In this document: positions 25,130 through 39,150 of the stretch, piece after piece
How the letters are laid out: each line of letters begins with the position of its first letter
Position numbering within the stretch: position 1 is the stretch's first letter
NCBI GenBank assembly: GCA_026770705.1
Contig: JANJGN010000021.1
Coordinates: 90,210,001-90,274,000, forward strand
Direction: 5' to 3'
Length of the DNA: 64,000 nt
Source: Isurus oxyrinchus
Taxonomy: Eukaryota
The notes under the pieces: generated by a model
Seen by the model: only the letters and a program-made list of their open reading frames with translations
What the model was told of the DNA's origin: nothing
The model's database searches: none
Program-made: the position numbers and the translations under genes

Positions 25130-27300
25130 CTCATCTGTTTCACTTAAAATCATAGGGCACAGAAGGAGGGTATTTTTTAGGCAGTCTGCACGCTGGCCCA
25201 ATGCAATAGCATATCTTCCTAAGACACTGTTACAACTTTTACAATTACGGTGAAATCGGTGTGCTCTGGTTCTCGATAATTTATCTAATTGAAACGCATT
25301 CTCCGTATCTATTCCATCCAGGCTCTTTATGAATTTTCATACCTCTAGCACCTCCTCTTATTTTGCCTTTCTCAAAGGAGAACATCCTTCTATCTTTTCA
25401 CCTAACCGCTTAACGATATTCTGTATCTCTGGGACCATCCTAGTGCATGTGTTATGCACCCTCTCGAATACATTCACTTCCTTCCTTAATTATCTTCTGT
25501 ACCTATACACAATATTCTAATTGAGCCAGAACTAACGTTTTGCTCACATTCATCATTACCTGCTGGCTTTTGTAATCTATTCCTCTATTTATAAAGCCCA
25601 GCATCCCGTAAGCATTTTCAATATTTCTTCCTGCCTTCAATGATTTATGTACATATACCGAGGGCCGACTGCTGCTGCAACCACTTTGGAATTCAGGTCT
25701 GTGTTGTATAATGATTGTCTTCCTTTTCCCAAGTTAAACAAATCACTTCCCGCTTCTCTAAGCTAAGATTCGTTGTGCATATGCATGCCATTCCACCAGC
25801 CTATGATCACTTGACGAGTATTATGATCCATATCGCAGTTCACAATAAATTCAAGTTATGCGCCATCTGCAAGATTTGAAATTGTACCCAACACTCCCAA
25901 GACTATGCTCTTAATATAGAATAAGATAAATAAGAGTTATATTACCGACCGCTGGGGAACCTTTGTTGAGTTCAAAGAATGTTTCAATCACTATGCTCTG
26001 ACGCCTGTAAGCAAGGTAAATTTTTTCATCGATGTTGCTATTTTATCTTTTCTTCCTCGGGAATTATTTTTTGAAATCAATCCTGTTGCTTGATCCTTAA
26101 TAAAATAACTTATGGACCTCCACGCACACTACAGCAACCATCTCTGTGACGTCATCACAAAAGGGCTATATATATATATATATATTGACTTGCCAGCCAT
26201 TGCTTGGCTTATTCCTACGTGCTTACTGAACAAGGCTTGAAGATGTGATATTTTCCGGCCCTCGGCAACAATCCTCTAAGGGTGATTGGAAGATCATTGC
26301 CAATGCCCCCACAATGCCCACCGTTTCTTCACGAAGTGTTGATGAATATCTCCCATTCTTATCAAATTTAACTACAGCTGGCCTATCCAATAACTCTTCT
26401 TTATCAACTTCCATACCACCCAGTGTCAATCTCTCCTCATACACTCTCTCTCTCTTTGCTTACTTGATTTTGGATTTAATTCCCGCTTTTAACTGTTTAT
26501 TTTGAGCCTGGTTTCACAAGCTATTTTTAAGCTGACATCGACCCTATTTTCTGCCCTATTTTTCTTCATCTTACTTGTTGTCTTTTCAGTCATCCAGGTT
26601 ACTGCGGATTTGTTTGCCCTACATTAATCCCTCCTAGATATGCACGCTGACTATACCCAAACTATCGCTCTTCATAACCGTCTCTTTTTAAATAATAGCG
26701 TTATGATTTCCAAGTTTAACCCAAATTTAGATGTGTCAGATCCTTTCTTGCCCCTACTGAAATTGCTCCTACACCCAATTAATTATTGATTGTTTCTTGT
26801 TCTTGTATGTAGCCTACTAAAACTTATGATGCTTTGATAACTGCCGCCAAAACGTTCTCCTATAAACAATTTATTCATTTGACATCCATCAATAATGAAT
26901 AACAGATCCAGTAATTCCTCCATTAGACTGGACGCATGCTGATGTATAAAATGCTCCGCAATGGACTCTAGAATCTGATGTAACTCTGCTATTTAATCTA
27001 TTGCTACCTTTGTTTAAAAAAGTGATAACCATTTTTCCGCATTAGAACTGCTCTACAATTGAACCTCCCTGTAATGTCCTTGCAAATTTTACATCCATAA
27101 ATTCCTCAGCAGTTTGTGGTCTAACGAATGCATATAACAATGTAACCCTGCCTCTATTGTATGTTAGTTCCAGCCAAGTAGGTCTGTCCAGCGCCTCTCT
27201 AGGACCCCATCACTGACAAGCACTTTTACTTCACCTTAAAAAATACTGGTGCTTCTTTATTTCCTTTAAGTGTAAAAATCGTCCTTGGACTAACCGTTTA
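25130..27300 (-). mobile_element. Old CR1 LINE (RT to endonuclease), antisense
   Basis: CR1 tail at ~25140; ORF 26223-26444 LREETVGIVGALAMIFQSPLE matches the CR1 pre-RT region. Confidence 0.65.
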
Positions 27301-27387
27301 CTTCAATGGTTTGTTCATTAAGTTGTTCATTACTCCTTCACTCCTCTACCTGAATTATTTTCCATTTGTCATAAAGTCAATCTTCAG

Positions 27388-30300
27388 AATAAAGAACATA
27401 GAAAGAAAGAAAATGGAAGCAGGAGTAGGTCATTCAGCCCTTCTAACTTACTCCACCATTTAATACGATCATGGCTGATCTTCTATCCCAATGATGCACC
27501 GCCCCACTTCCCCAAAACCCCTTCACGCCTTCAAAGTCCATAAATCTACCTATTTCCTTCTTAAATATATCCAGTGATTTAGCCTCCACATCCTTCTGTG
27601 GTAGAGAATTCCATAGGATCACCACCCTCTGAGTGAAGACGTTTCCTCTGATCTCAATCCTAAATGGTCTTCCCCGTATCATGAGACTTTGAACCCTTGT
27701 TCGAGAAACACAAGATAGAGAAAATATCCGCATCGAGTCTGTCCATCCCTGCCAAGAATGTCCCTATTTCGATTAAATCTCCCTTGTTCTTCTCAAATCC
27801 TGTGAATACAGGCCTCGTCCGCCCAATTTCTCATCATACGACAGTCCTGCGATTCCAGCTATAGGTCTGGTGAACCTTTTCTCCAGTTCCTCTGTGGCAA
27901 ATATATAATTTTTTAGGTCAGCAGGCAAAAACAGCACAAAGTATACCAGGTTTGGTCTCACCAAGGCATTCCATAGCTGCAGTAAAACATCCTTGCTCCT
28001 GTTCTCAAGTCTTTTTGTAATGAAAGTCAACATGCCATTTGGCTTCTTAGCTGTTTGCTGAACCTGCTTTCATTAATTGATGTACAAAAACACCCAGGGA
28101 CCTTTACACCTCAACATTTCCCAACCTACCAGCTTTTAAACAATACTCTGCCTTTCTGTTATTCCTACCAAATTGGATAACTTTACACTTATACACATTA
28201 TGCAGCATCTGTTATATATTTGCCATCTCACTCAACCTGTCTAAACCACCATGAAGCTTCTTAACACCCCGTCGACGCTCACACTCCTAGCAAGTTTCAT
28301 GTCGTCAGCAAACTTAGAAACATTACATTCGTTCCCGTCATCCAAATCATTGACATATATTGTTAATAGCTGGGGCCCAAGCTCTGATCACTGCTGTTCC
28401 CCATTAGTCACTGCTTGCCATTCCAAAAGGGACACGTTTCTTACTACACATTGTTTCCTGTCAGCTAACCAATTCTCAATCCATGCCAATATATTACCCC
28501 CAATCCCGTGTACTTTAATTTTAGACAATGACCTCTTATGTGGGACTTTATCAGAAGCTCTCTGAAAATCCATGTGCACCATAGTCACTGGTTTAACTTA
28601 TCAATTCTCCTAGTTTCGTCCAAAAAAAAATACAGGTTTGTCAAACATGACTTCCCTTTCATAAATCCAGGTTTGCTTTCTCTAATCCCGTTGACATTTT
28701 CTAACTGTATTGTTATTACATCCGTTATAATTGATTCTAGCATTTTCACTGCTAATAATGTTAGGTTAACCGGCATATAATTCGCCATTTTCTTACTCCC
28801 TTCTTTTTTATATAGTGGGGTTACATTGGTCACCTTGAAATCTGCCAGGGTTGTTCCAGAATCTACAGAATTTCCGAAGATGATAACCAACACATCTAGT
28901 ATTCCAATGGCCACCTCCTTTAGGGCCCTGGGATGTAGATTATCGGGCCCTGTGAATTTATCGGCTTTCAGTTACACCCATTTCTCCAGCACTATTGCTT
29001 CAGTAATGCTCTTTTCCTTCAAGTCCTCCTTCTCACTAGACCCTCGGTTCCATAGTATACCTGGGAAGTTTGATGTGTCTGATCTCTGTTTGAAGATAGA
29101 ATTAAGGCTATTTAATGGCATCCGCTCATTATCACTACTGTTTGGAGGCTTACATGTAACACCCACTAACGTTTGCCACCTTCCATCGTTTTTAGCTCCA
29201 TCAGATCTGATTCTAAACTTGGATTTTCTGAGCCAATAGCCTATCTCACTATCGGTCTAATTTCATCTTTGACTAACAATGCCATGCCACATCGTTTTCC
29301 CTTTTGCCTGTCTGCCCTATATATGGAGTACCCTTTTTACATTGTTAATTCATTGTACCTTATTCCAAATGCCCATGCATTCACATACAGTCCTTTTAGA
29401 TTCACCGTTTTAAGATTTTTGCACGTGTAGTTTTGTATTATGGCCATAATTGCTGCCAGCCCTTGCTTCCTCTGCCTTCCACTTTTTAATTCTACTGTTA
29501 TTTTATTTATTCCTACTTTTGCTTTCCTCTCTTGTGTCTACCCACTAAGGTCACCAACCCCCTGCCAATCTAATTTTCACCCAACACTCCAGTGCTAGCG
29601 AATACCCTTGAGAGGATATTGGTTTTGTTGCTGCCTGGGTGCAACCCGTCCACATGTACAGGTCCTATCATGCCCAGAATCGGACCCAGTGCCTCAGGAA
29701 TCTAAATGTCCCCCTCCTTCACCACCGCTCGAAACACACATTCATCTGGTCTGTTCCACCATTCCTCATCTCACTAGCACGTGGCACTACGAGTAAGCTT
29801 GAGATTTCTATCTTTGACATCTTGTTTTTTTAAATTTATTTTCTAGGTCAAAATATTCTGCTTTCAAGACCTCGTCCTTCTTTTTTACCCATGTCATTGG
29901 TGCCGATATGAACCATGCACTCTTGCAGTTCACTCTCCCCCTTCAGAATGTCCTGCAGATGCAATTTGCCATCATTTACCCTGGCGCAAGGGAGGCAACA
30001 TACGGCCCTGGTTTTACATCTGCGGCCACAGAAACGTTTATCTGTTCTTCAAGCGATAGAATCCCATATAACTATAGTTCTCCCATCCATCACCCCTAAC
30101 CCCCTGCTTGCCCCTGTGCAGTTGAGGCAGTCGTGCTACTATAGGCTTGGTTCTTGTTGCATCCCCTGGAGAAAAAAACTCCCCCAGCAGTATCCAAAAC
30201 AGAAAATCTGTTGGACAGAGTCATGGCCCCAGGAAAATTCTGCACTACATGCCTAGTGCTTTTATTCTGTTGGCGGTCATCCATTCCCTTCCTGCCTGTG

Positions 30301-30450
30301 CATTCTTTACCTGCGGCTTGACCACTAAACTCTATGTGCTATACACAAAGATCTCCTCCTTGCAGGTGCTCCACAGACACTGGAAGCGCCCTGAGTTCCC
30401 ACATCACAGAGGTGGAGCATTCCACTTGGCTGAGCTGCCTTGCCAATCCC
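27388..30450 (-). mobile_element. Internally deleted but near end-to-end CR1 LINE (ORF1 SGNH-esterase remnant and ORF2 EN-RT)
   Basis: NVTPLYKK..NYMPVNLT, GFMKGKSCLTNL, HMDFQRASDKVPHKRSL..WIENWLADRKQ, LWNALVRPNL, FTQRVVILWNSLP; ORF1 VHIGTND at ~29890-29915; tail at ~27390. Confidence 0.9.
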
Positions 30451-31204
30451 TAAACATACATTGTTCCCTTTACCTTTTTTTCCTCTAGTTTAGAAAATAT
30501 TACAACCAGAAAAATAATTACCAGGCCCTACTTAACAAGGCCTCCACTCTTCTTACTGAGGAAAGGTAGAAAATGAAAGGATCACCTATCTCCCTCTTCA
30601 CCAAACTCCTCCTCTCACCTAACCCCAACTGAAGAAATGTAATGCAGCCCAACGTGGCACTCGAGTGCATTAAAAAGCAGGACTGTAGATAACTTGCTGT
30701 TATGCAGTCTGCATCTAGCTTCGGAAAACCTATTCGAACCAGTTAACTAATCTACTAGCTCCAGCTGCAGGCTGAGCGTCTATAACTCCTGTGTCAGAGC
30801 TGGGCTAAAACTTACCTCCTCTCAGAGAAACTTTTAGTTCGTTGCTACATTTAAGAAATATTAGACTTTAGATAGATATTACCCTTTATATTCCCTCTCT
30901 CACCGAATTCGAACTGAAGAACTCTACTCTAATACAGCCCAAAGCTGCAGTCCAACAATTACATGCACCTTGCAAAACTCTCAATATATTTGCTATTTTC
31001 TAAATGTGTATTGTTTTTTGATTTGCCTTTGTTCTTTTCTCTTGCTGCTCAGTCATTTTGATTAGATGACGTATTGCAATTTCGTAGTCCTGCTGCATCA
31101 TTATGGCATCAATGTTCTCTTTAAATTGCTTTCTGAGAATTCTGAGGAAAGTAACTCAAAGATAATCATGACTTAGATTAACTGCAACTGCTTTTAAATT
31201 TTAG

Positions 31205-31240
31205 ATATCGAAACATCGAATACATCATTGAACATCAAAG
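31205..31240 (+). CDS. Microexon 11 (36 nt): DIETSNTSLNIK
   Basis: actgcttttaaattttag|ATATCGAA...ATCAAAG|gtgtga; resembles 61774-61809 in exon end and acceptor. Confidence 0.7.
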
Positions 31241-31759
31241 GTGTGAAAAAACAGCGACATATCGAGCTCGAAGTAGGGTCTCCTTACACGAATTTTTCTG
31301 GCTGAAAATCTATAACTAATAGTCCAAAAGGGCGACACGCTGTGCATGCTTAATTTGCTACGGGGGTCACTTTATGACTTTTTATTTTGTGCTATTTTTC
31401 ACGAGTTGCTGCCCAACCATGGCGGCCATGGTGCACAATGAGAGCGTTTTAGGCCCCTTTAATATGTGAATTGTAGATGAACATCTCTTTTACAATTCTT
31501 TGAATAAATAAGTGATTTGTATTCTCCAATAAACTTACATCCGAATTATCAATTCTGTGATAACCACCTTCTGTATTTCATTTTGTTTCAGCTGCTTGAG
31601 ACGAACTTTCTTTATACATGTTGCCTTGAGGCCCTAAATTGTTCCTCAAACTAAACAAAATTTTATACCAATTTCAGGTTAAAATGTGTTAGAAAGGTTT
31701 TAAGTTTTCTAACATGTTGTGTTTGATGTTTGTATTCGATAGCTTTCTCCTAGAGTAGG

Positions 31760-32110
31760 GTTTTATGGGCTGCTCAGTGATACATGATGAGTTGGCATGC
31801 CAGATGCTGCTCTGGCTTCGAGACCTGGAGCAGGATCTGCTGCAACCGAGGATATTTCCAGCACAAATGGTTCTCCTGGACACAGGGGGCCACGTGTCGC
31901 ACAGGATGCGCTATAAACAACAAAAGTAAGGAAGTTATGATCCGTCTTTATGAATTTGTCATTCGGCCTCAACTGAATTATTTGCCCCATTCTAGGCACC
32001 ACACTTTAAGAAGAAAGTTAACAATTAACCGAAAGCGCTAAGAATACTTACGGGAATTTTTCCAAGGACGAACAACTTCAGTTAGGTGGATAGATTGGAG
32101 AATGCAGCAT
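31760..32110 (+). mobile_element. CR1 RT C-terminal fragment
   Basis: NKSKEVMIRLYEFVIRPQLNY. Confidence 0.6.
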
Positions 32111-32119
32111 TTTATTTTC

Positions 32120-35100
32120 CTCATTAGAAAGTTATAACTTGAGAGGCTGTCGACTGTCTGAGATTATAGTTGGTAATCGGCTGTCCCTAGATTCGAACAT
32201 GATGGCTTCTTAGCATCGCGGGTTTCTGTGAAATGTCTTCTTGTGACTAAACAAGCTGTTTCTCAATCTACATACTTTTGGCCATATGAGGCAAGACGTC
32301 ATACTGCTCCATGGCACCCGGAGTGCAGGATTTGTTTATTTTTGGTCCCCTCTTTTCGACCACCCTGCCTGATCATCAGGTGTTTGGACTCAAATCATGA
32401 CACAGCATAATGGCCAAATTGGCACCACTTTGATGGAACGGCAATAAACACTTCCCAGTCATTAATATCAATTTTTTGACGCTTCAAGGAAAGCTTTAGA
32501 ATGGAGTTGTAATGTTTTCTTTTTCCTCTCCTGGAACCATGGCCATTTCACAGTTGAGAAAATAAGGCATTTTGGGAGCGACTCTTTCCAGCCAAATTCC
32601 ATACCATCATTGTTGATGCTGAAGCAGAATTCCTGTGGAGCTGGCGTCAAGACAGACGCTTGCATTGTTTGACCTTTGTCTGGATTTTGACAGACAGTTT
32701 TTATTTCGGAATCAAGGTAGTTGCTGTCATATCACTATGAAGCACTTTCTGAATTGTGATGTCGTTTCCTGGGATTCCAAATCTTCGAAGCACAATCCAT
32801 AGAGCCTCGTGATTTATTAAGTGAAATGTTTTGGTCAGGTCCGTGAATGCAATGAAGAGTCCCTGGTGTTGTTCTCTAGATTTCTATTGGATGTATCTGA
32901 CAGCAAATACTTTGTAGAAGGTCTAAAGCCACATTGTCTATAGCAAGATTTCCTTTGCCACAGGAAGTAGGCAATTCAGGAGAATGCTTGTCAGGAAATT
33001 CCTGCTTCGGGCAAGGCGGAAATACCTCGACAGTTTCCACAAGATTATTTATCTCCCTTCTTGAAGACAGTAGCAATTGTCACATTACTGTTTGGGAGTA
33101 ATATTTTCTTCTCTCCCAATTATATTGGATGGACTCCTGGGGTTTTTATTTGAGCAAAACCCAACTATCGGGGGTGTATGCTGTGTACTTTCCAACCATA
33201 TACTTGTTTAGTCCAGCTTTCCCATCGATTATGATTTCCAAGGAACTTACTGTTAGGCTACTTGGGGATAGCCTGGGGAGTATTATCTGCCACTGCTTAC
33301 AGGTGAGGAGGTATTCAAAATGTGTTTTCCAGCCTTTACCAGTGGCATTGCTATCCTTAAGAAGTGATATACCATCCAGTACATCCATCTTAACTTAGTC
33401 TATGGGTAGCACCGGTAGGTCTGTAAAATGTTGCATGTCATCATGGTCAACCATTCAGCTTGAACTTTCGGGCTTCCTCTTCCTACCAAATGTCGTTTAT
33501 TTTCCTGATTAGTCTTTGTGTATCAGCCTTGTGCTATTGGAATGCTGCTGCCATGCCTTGCTACCTTGATTTGACATGCCAAACAATAAAGGCTGCTACT
33601 TTTTCTCCCAAGATGTCTCAAATTTCAGTATTGCTTTTATCGAACCATTGCTGGTGCCGATAATGTTCGAGCACAAAAATCTGGATACAGTGTAGAACTG
33701 CTCTAAAATTGGGTTTGATGTGCAAAGGTTTCAAAAATTCCTTGTTACCGGGGCTAGGATTTCATTTCTCTGGTCCAGCTGATTTAGAGCAGAGAAATTG
33801 ATCTTCCACTTGGACATTTGGCTCTGCAGATGTGTTGTTGCCAGCTGAATGTCCATCGATGTTTAAGCAAGTGGATGATCTTTCCAGCAGGAATCAGTAC
33901 ACGGCATGGTTCGAGTGACACGTGCATCTTGATCTAATACAATATCTTTGCCTCGAACAATTTTGTAATCCTGAATGTTCCAGCGTTTTGTTATAGGATG
34001 TCTCCACGTCTTTGCACTTGTGGCAAAGGCGGAAGAGGGTGTCTGTTGGAATGAATCCATTCTGAGCACAGTTAATGAGCAGGAATACATCATTTGCATT
34101 GGCTTTTGTCGTCCATTGGTCCCTCCCTATATCTCTAAGTCATGGAAAAGCCTGGAATTAAATCCCAAAGAAAAGCATTGTTTTTTCTTCTTTTTGAATG
34201 GCTTAAGTTTTCAAAATAACACTGTTCCTTAAGATCTTCATTGAAGTCATGATTCATGTTATAACTGCCGATGAACGTGGCCTATTGATTGTGGCTGTGC
34301 TGAATGGCAAGTGTCATGAATCATTCACGCATACAATTGAAGATTTCTGCCATTGCGTCCAACATCCTATTTGGGATGGCAAAAACCAATTCCATGAACA
34401 GATAAAAGCAAAATACTATGGATGCTGTAAATCTGAAACAAAGAAAGAAAATGCTGAAAAAAAATCAGCATCCTGACTGCATCTGTGGAGAGAGAAACAG
34501 AGTTGACTTTTCTAGTCCATATGATACTTCTTCAGAGCTACAGAGAAGAATATCTCTGAAGAAGGGTCATACAGACTGAACATGCCAACTGTTTCTCTCT
34601 GCACAGATGTTGCCAGGCCTGCTGAGTTTATCCAGCATTTTCTTTGTTTGTTTCTGTGGACGCGGGGCCGTTGACATTCATTTATTTCCATTAAAATATG
34701 TGTTACCCTGCTGCTGCCTTCAGGTTTCCTTTTCTGGAAGGTGGGTCTCACTGAGTGCACCAAATGTACATTTGAATTATTGATACTTCACTTGTTTTGA
34801 CTGCAGTTTTTCTCTCTGGAGATCATGAGATTTTCCATGAGTGCTCACACATTACCGTTTGTAAAATTTAAAGTTTTCCATTTTGACCATGGAGATGGTG
34901 ACCCAAGTGCGTCCAGACTATTGTTAGGACACATTTTCTCGCCTTTTACAAACTTGTGCTCGACAGGGGGTAAGTACAATACATCTGCTCAGTCAAAGAT
35001 GCTGCTGCCAAACACAAAAGTAACTGAACACAGGTATAGAAATACCTTCCTAATTCTGTTGCCTATGTGCAGGTTCTTGATCAGGGACTTTCAGGTTCAC

Positions 35101-35540
35101 AGCGTTGCCCTGGCGCTAATTCTCCATCACCGCTGAGCTTAGGAATGGACCTTGATACAAGCTTGTGCATGGTTTTGTTTAACGTGGGGGGCTTCTTTCA
35201 ACCTCGTTGCTGATTAGATGCACAGTCTTCTCTTGTGCCTGTTGCTGCTGCGTAAATTATTGGACAACAAATTATCTGACATCTCCCCTGACCTTGCCAC
35301 CATAAGTGTCCTATCAGCAAGAAACTTCAAACGGCATCGGAATAAATAAGCGAGTCTAAATGGCAGTCCATCAAAGTCGAGTTGGTACTTATGTTCAAGA
35401 TCATTTAGCGTCTGGAAAGAACGGCTGGGAAAGAGAAAAACAACATTCTCTTTTGCAGAAGTGTCAAGAATCACGATTTTAAGCAAACCTGCTGAAGAAC
35501 CAATGTGGATTTTATGGAAAGCCTTTGTTAAGCCATGAGC
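32120..35540 (-). mobile_element. Near full-length decayed RTE-clade LINE
   Basis: Endonuclease TWRHPITKRWNIQDYKIVR..DARVTRTMPCTDSCWKDH; GWKTHFEYLL..IIDGKAG; RT remnants to ~32260; interrupted by a Penelope-derived palindrome. Confidence 0.8.
34403..34655. repeat. Inverted pair of Penelope pLTR ends (imperfect palindrome), each arm with a hammerhead-like core, nested in the RTE
   Basis: Arm 1 (-) 34403-34538 reads CTGAAGA-AGTATC-ATATG-GACTA-GAAA-AGTC; arm 2 (+) 34554-34655 reads CTGAAGAAGGGTC...cagatgttgccaggcctgctgagt. Confidence 0.75.
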
Positions 35541-38167
35541 TGTTTGGATATAAAAACTCACTCATTGAATGATGTTGACATTGGGGCTTTTGGAAGTGAA
35601 TTGTATACGCAGTCAAATCGAAAATATATTCGCACGATTACAATGAAAGGCTGGCGGAATTGGTATAACTGAGTTGCTCTTGCCGAGTGCCTGCACAGGC
35701 ACCACAGGCCTAAAGATATTATTCTTTCCTGTATCGATTACATGACTCTATTTATGATTGATCGGTCGATTATGCTTTGAATGCAACAGGCATGTCACCC
35801 TCAGGTTCCTCGATGTTCACACATTAGCAGAGGCTCTATGTGCTGTCTCTGTCCATGCCGTGCCATTTCTCTCGACGATCCTACTGGAATCTTTATTTTA
35901 AAATGCCGCGCTTATCCCATAAGACGAAAAGAAGAAGTATCACTATGTTGTACAATTGATCTGGCTTGGATCGTGGCTGATTTTCTTTTAACCTTAACTC
36001 CCCTTTCCTATGCAGCCGTAATAACCCATGATTAGTTTAGAATTCAAAGATCTATGGGCCTAAACCTTGAATACACTCAACTACTGAACTTTCACTGCCC
36101 CTTCAGGTAGAGAATACAAGCGTTCCGATCATTATGCAGAAGGAATCCTCCTGAACCCTGCAGCAACCCAAGGAAAACAACCTCTAACATTTAGCCTGTC
36201 GGCTCTTCTCAGAATTTCGGCCGTTTGCAATGAAATCTTCCTCATTGTTCTCAGTTGCACAGCAAATAACGAGGCCGTTCTGAGCTGGCTCGTTCAAACA
36301 GCCTTCTATCTCATAGAAAACCCTTTTGCGAACATCGTGCACCTACATTTATTTCATCCTTTGTCTTTTGAATGTCCTTTTTAGCCACGATTGAATCTGA
36401 CCCCAGCATTCGTCTAGCAGTGTGTTCCACAAGGCAGCAAATCGCTGCACAATTCATTTCTCCCTTTGATTTTTCTGTCAATCAGCTAAAGTCTTTTACT
36501 CTCGTGCTTTAAATTCTGTTAGAGGGAAAGGTTTTCTCTATGCCCTCATTGTAGTTCCCTCATGGCTTTGAAGAGTCTTATCAATACACCTCCAAAGCTT
36601 TTCTTCTCTAAGATGAGCCCGGCATTCTCCAAATTCGCCAAATACTTCAAGCTGCTCATTGCTGCAATTATTATCATAGATCTCATGAAAATTATACTTT
36701 AAACAGAAAGATAAAATCCACGTTAAGTCCACATCACAAAGGCTCCTGGTATACATGCATTACCGAAGGCTGTCTCAAACTTTCTCCCAGATATTTGGCA
36801 ACTAAATGTAATTTATATGTTAATAGATTCTTTCCAGGGCTTTGCAACTGGGTGCAATGTCAGATTTGGCAATTGTGTAACAGGCATGACATCGTATCAG
36901 CTGCTTTTTTCCTTCTACAGTCTTTATGTGTGAAAAACATGGCTTTTTATACATGTACATTTTCGATGTACAGAACAGCTTTTCTCACATTATCTGTCCA
37001 TAATTATTATCAAGTAATTACTCACTGTGACATTTTCGAGCCTGACTGGGGAGTCGGAGCTTCCCGAATTACAAAGCACGACTGTCTTAAAAGTAGTGAA
37101 GAATAACTTGCACCCATGCGCCAACAGCAAATAGCAATGTCTGCTGTCTAGTGGCTGCGACCTACCAGGTTAAGGGCAATGATTAGTTCTGCAGCATGTT
37201 ATCAACAAACTCTGCTCGGGATTTGGAGCAGATATAAAACTGAAAGCATTAAATTGTGCAGGTATCATGCCTCGCTATTCAATCGTGAAACTGGATTTTA
37301 ACTCGATGCAAGTGAATGGTTTAAATGAGCAGATAATTCCCCCAATGAGTCTTAACAGACGAATTCATTGAGCTATCTACATTAAATCTGAATAAAAATA
37401 AGAAATACGCAAGTTCACATTATATTTGATGTTTATGATTTGTATGAAATCACTGCGGCTATTTTATTGCAGAGAATAATGGTACATCAACAATAACCAC
37501 TCAGTGTTTTAAACTGAACAAAATATTTCTTCATATAAATATTATCAAAACTTATTTATCAACATTTGACACCGAGCCAATACATTTTTTGACAACTAAA
37601 ATGCTAATAAAGAAAGTGGTTAAAAAAATGGACAGGCATAGGAAAAATATTTGAGAAATATGGCCCAGTTTAAAGCACTGATGAGAAATGACGGAAAGAA
37701 GAACATGATGGATGGTTAGCTTCTCGAATTGGTAGAGCACATGGTTTCTTGAAGGGTAGTAGGACTGCAGTGTGGGGATTAAAGCGGGAAGGATAATGAA
37801 GAGGTTTCAAAACTATATATATACGCCTAATACTTAGGTATATATAGAAAGAGAATAGAAATTAAACGGATGAACCCAAAAAGCAACACCATTGTCATTT
37901 CCCAAATTACTTTGAAAGCTATGTCATTATATTCCAAGTCACGTTAGCGAAATCAGTAACAAGATCGATCTCACGCTTTTTTCGGCATGTGCATTTCCAT
38001 GGACTTCCATGCAATGTTGAAAATGTTAAAGATTCTGAAGAAGAAAAAGAAAATAAAATACAGAAAATGACAAAACGTTATGCAGAATATGACAAAGTGT
38101 TAATTGCAGCTATAAAATCATTGTTTGAGCTTATATTCCAGTGTTTTCCTCCCTTTCTCACTTTCAG

Positions 38168-38194
38168 CGGCCAATGTTAGACATATTTCAAAAG
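38168..38194 (+). CDS. Microexon 12 (27 nt): AANVRHISK
   Basis: ttttcctccctttctcactttcag|CGGCCAATGTTAGACATATTTCAAAAG|gtgaag. Confidence 0.78.
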
Positions 38195-38476
38195 GTGAAG
38201 AAGAAGGTTGCTTCCCAGCACAGTGCAATAACATTTGAAGAATCTTTTGCGTGGCGTTAATTCATGGCTGGGGATAAAAGCTGTTTAAGTCAAGTTAAAT
38301 CAACAGCATCTAAAGTTCAATTAAATGAGCACAAGCTTTTGTTTCAATAAGGAACAATGAAATGCCTATCAATTTTTCTGTTTACATTGCAAACTGTCAA
38401 AATGAAATATTTAACATACCCAAAGAGAATAACTGCTGATAACATTAATCCAACTGTTGTTTTCATTTGCATTCAG

Positions 38477-38512
38477 AACTCGAAAATATTGAAGCTTTCA
38501 AAATGGATGTTG
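38477..38512 (+). CDS. Microexon 13 (36 nt): ELENIEAFKMDV
   Basis: tgttttcatttgcattcag|AACTCGAA...GATGTTG|gtgaga; paralog of 21195-21230. Confidence 0.88.
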
Positions 38513-38934
38513 GTGAGAAGAAAGTCAATGTAGTATACAATTGTGCGTGTGTTAACCTCTTGGAGAAAAGTTCAAGGCATATCTGGGGCAAGCAAGAATG
38601 ACCTGACGAATCATTCCTGCCACATTTGGTTGCACAACATGCCTGCAAAAATCTGGGCTATAAAGGGAAGATAGATTATGGAAAGATAGGTTGTTGTAAA
38701 GGTTTCTCAATGCATCCGTTAATGAATTGATATCCACGTTCTTCATATGCGAGATATATTCTCCGCACCAAACATGAGAACAGCATTTAGATCCTCGAGT
38801 GGATTCCAACCTTTGTCAGATCACACATTTTCTATACCGTAATTCTATAACCCAATTTTTAACCAAATGACTTGATACCCCGAGCTTAATGGAAATGATA
38901 CACCGTTAAATGGATGACCAGTGTAGTTAAAATG

Positions 38935-39150
38935 AATAGATAGAAATAGGGAGCTTAATGTTAGGTACAGATCTGAACAGCAGGAAGATATAAGGAGAGA
39001 TGAGTGGAAAGATGACAGAAGGATAGGCAGGGTATGGATAGGGAGATAAATAGAGAGATAGATATAGATATATATAGATAGATATAGATTATATATGCAT
39101 ATATATATAAATGTAGAAAGAGTGAGAGAGAGAGAAATAGCAAGAGAGAA
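38935..39150. repeat. Compound GATA/TA/GA microsatellite
   Basis: gatagatatagatatatatagatagatatag...gagagagaga. Confidence 0.85.

Noticed and set aside
31592-31620. Inserting one base gives AAWRRTFFIH, reminiscent of the WRRTFLHA segment preceding B30.2 in mammalian BTN2
   Set aside because: Needs a frameshift, has no good donor, and no B30.2 exon follows. Probably coincidence.
37989-38180. Charged helix-like ORF (DSEEEKENKIQKMTKRYAEYDK)
   Set aside because: A-rich low-complexity intron sequence without flanking splice sites.
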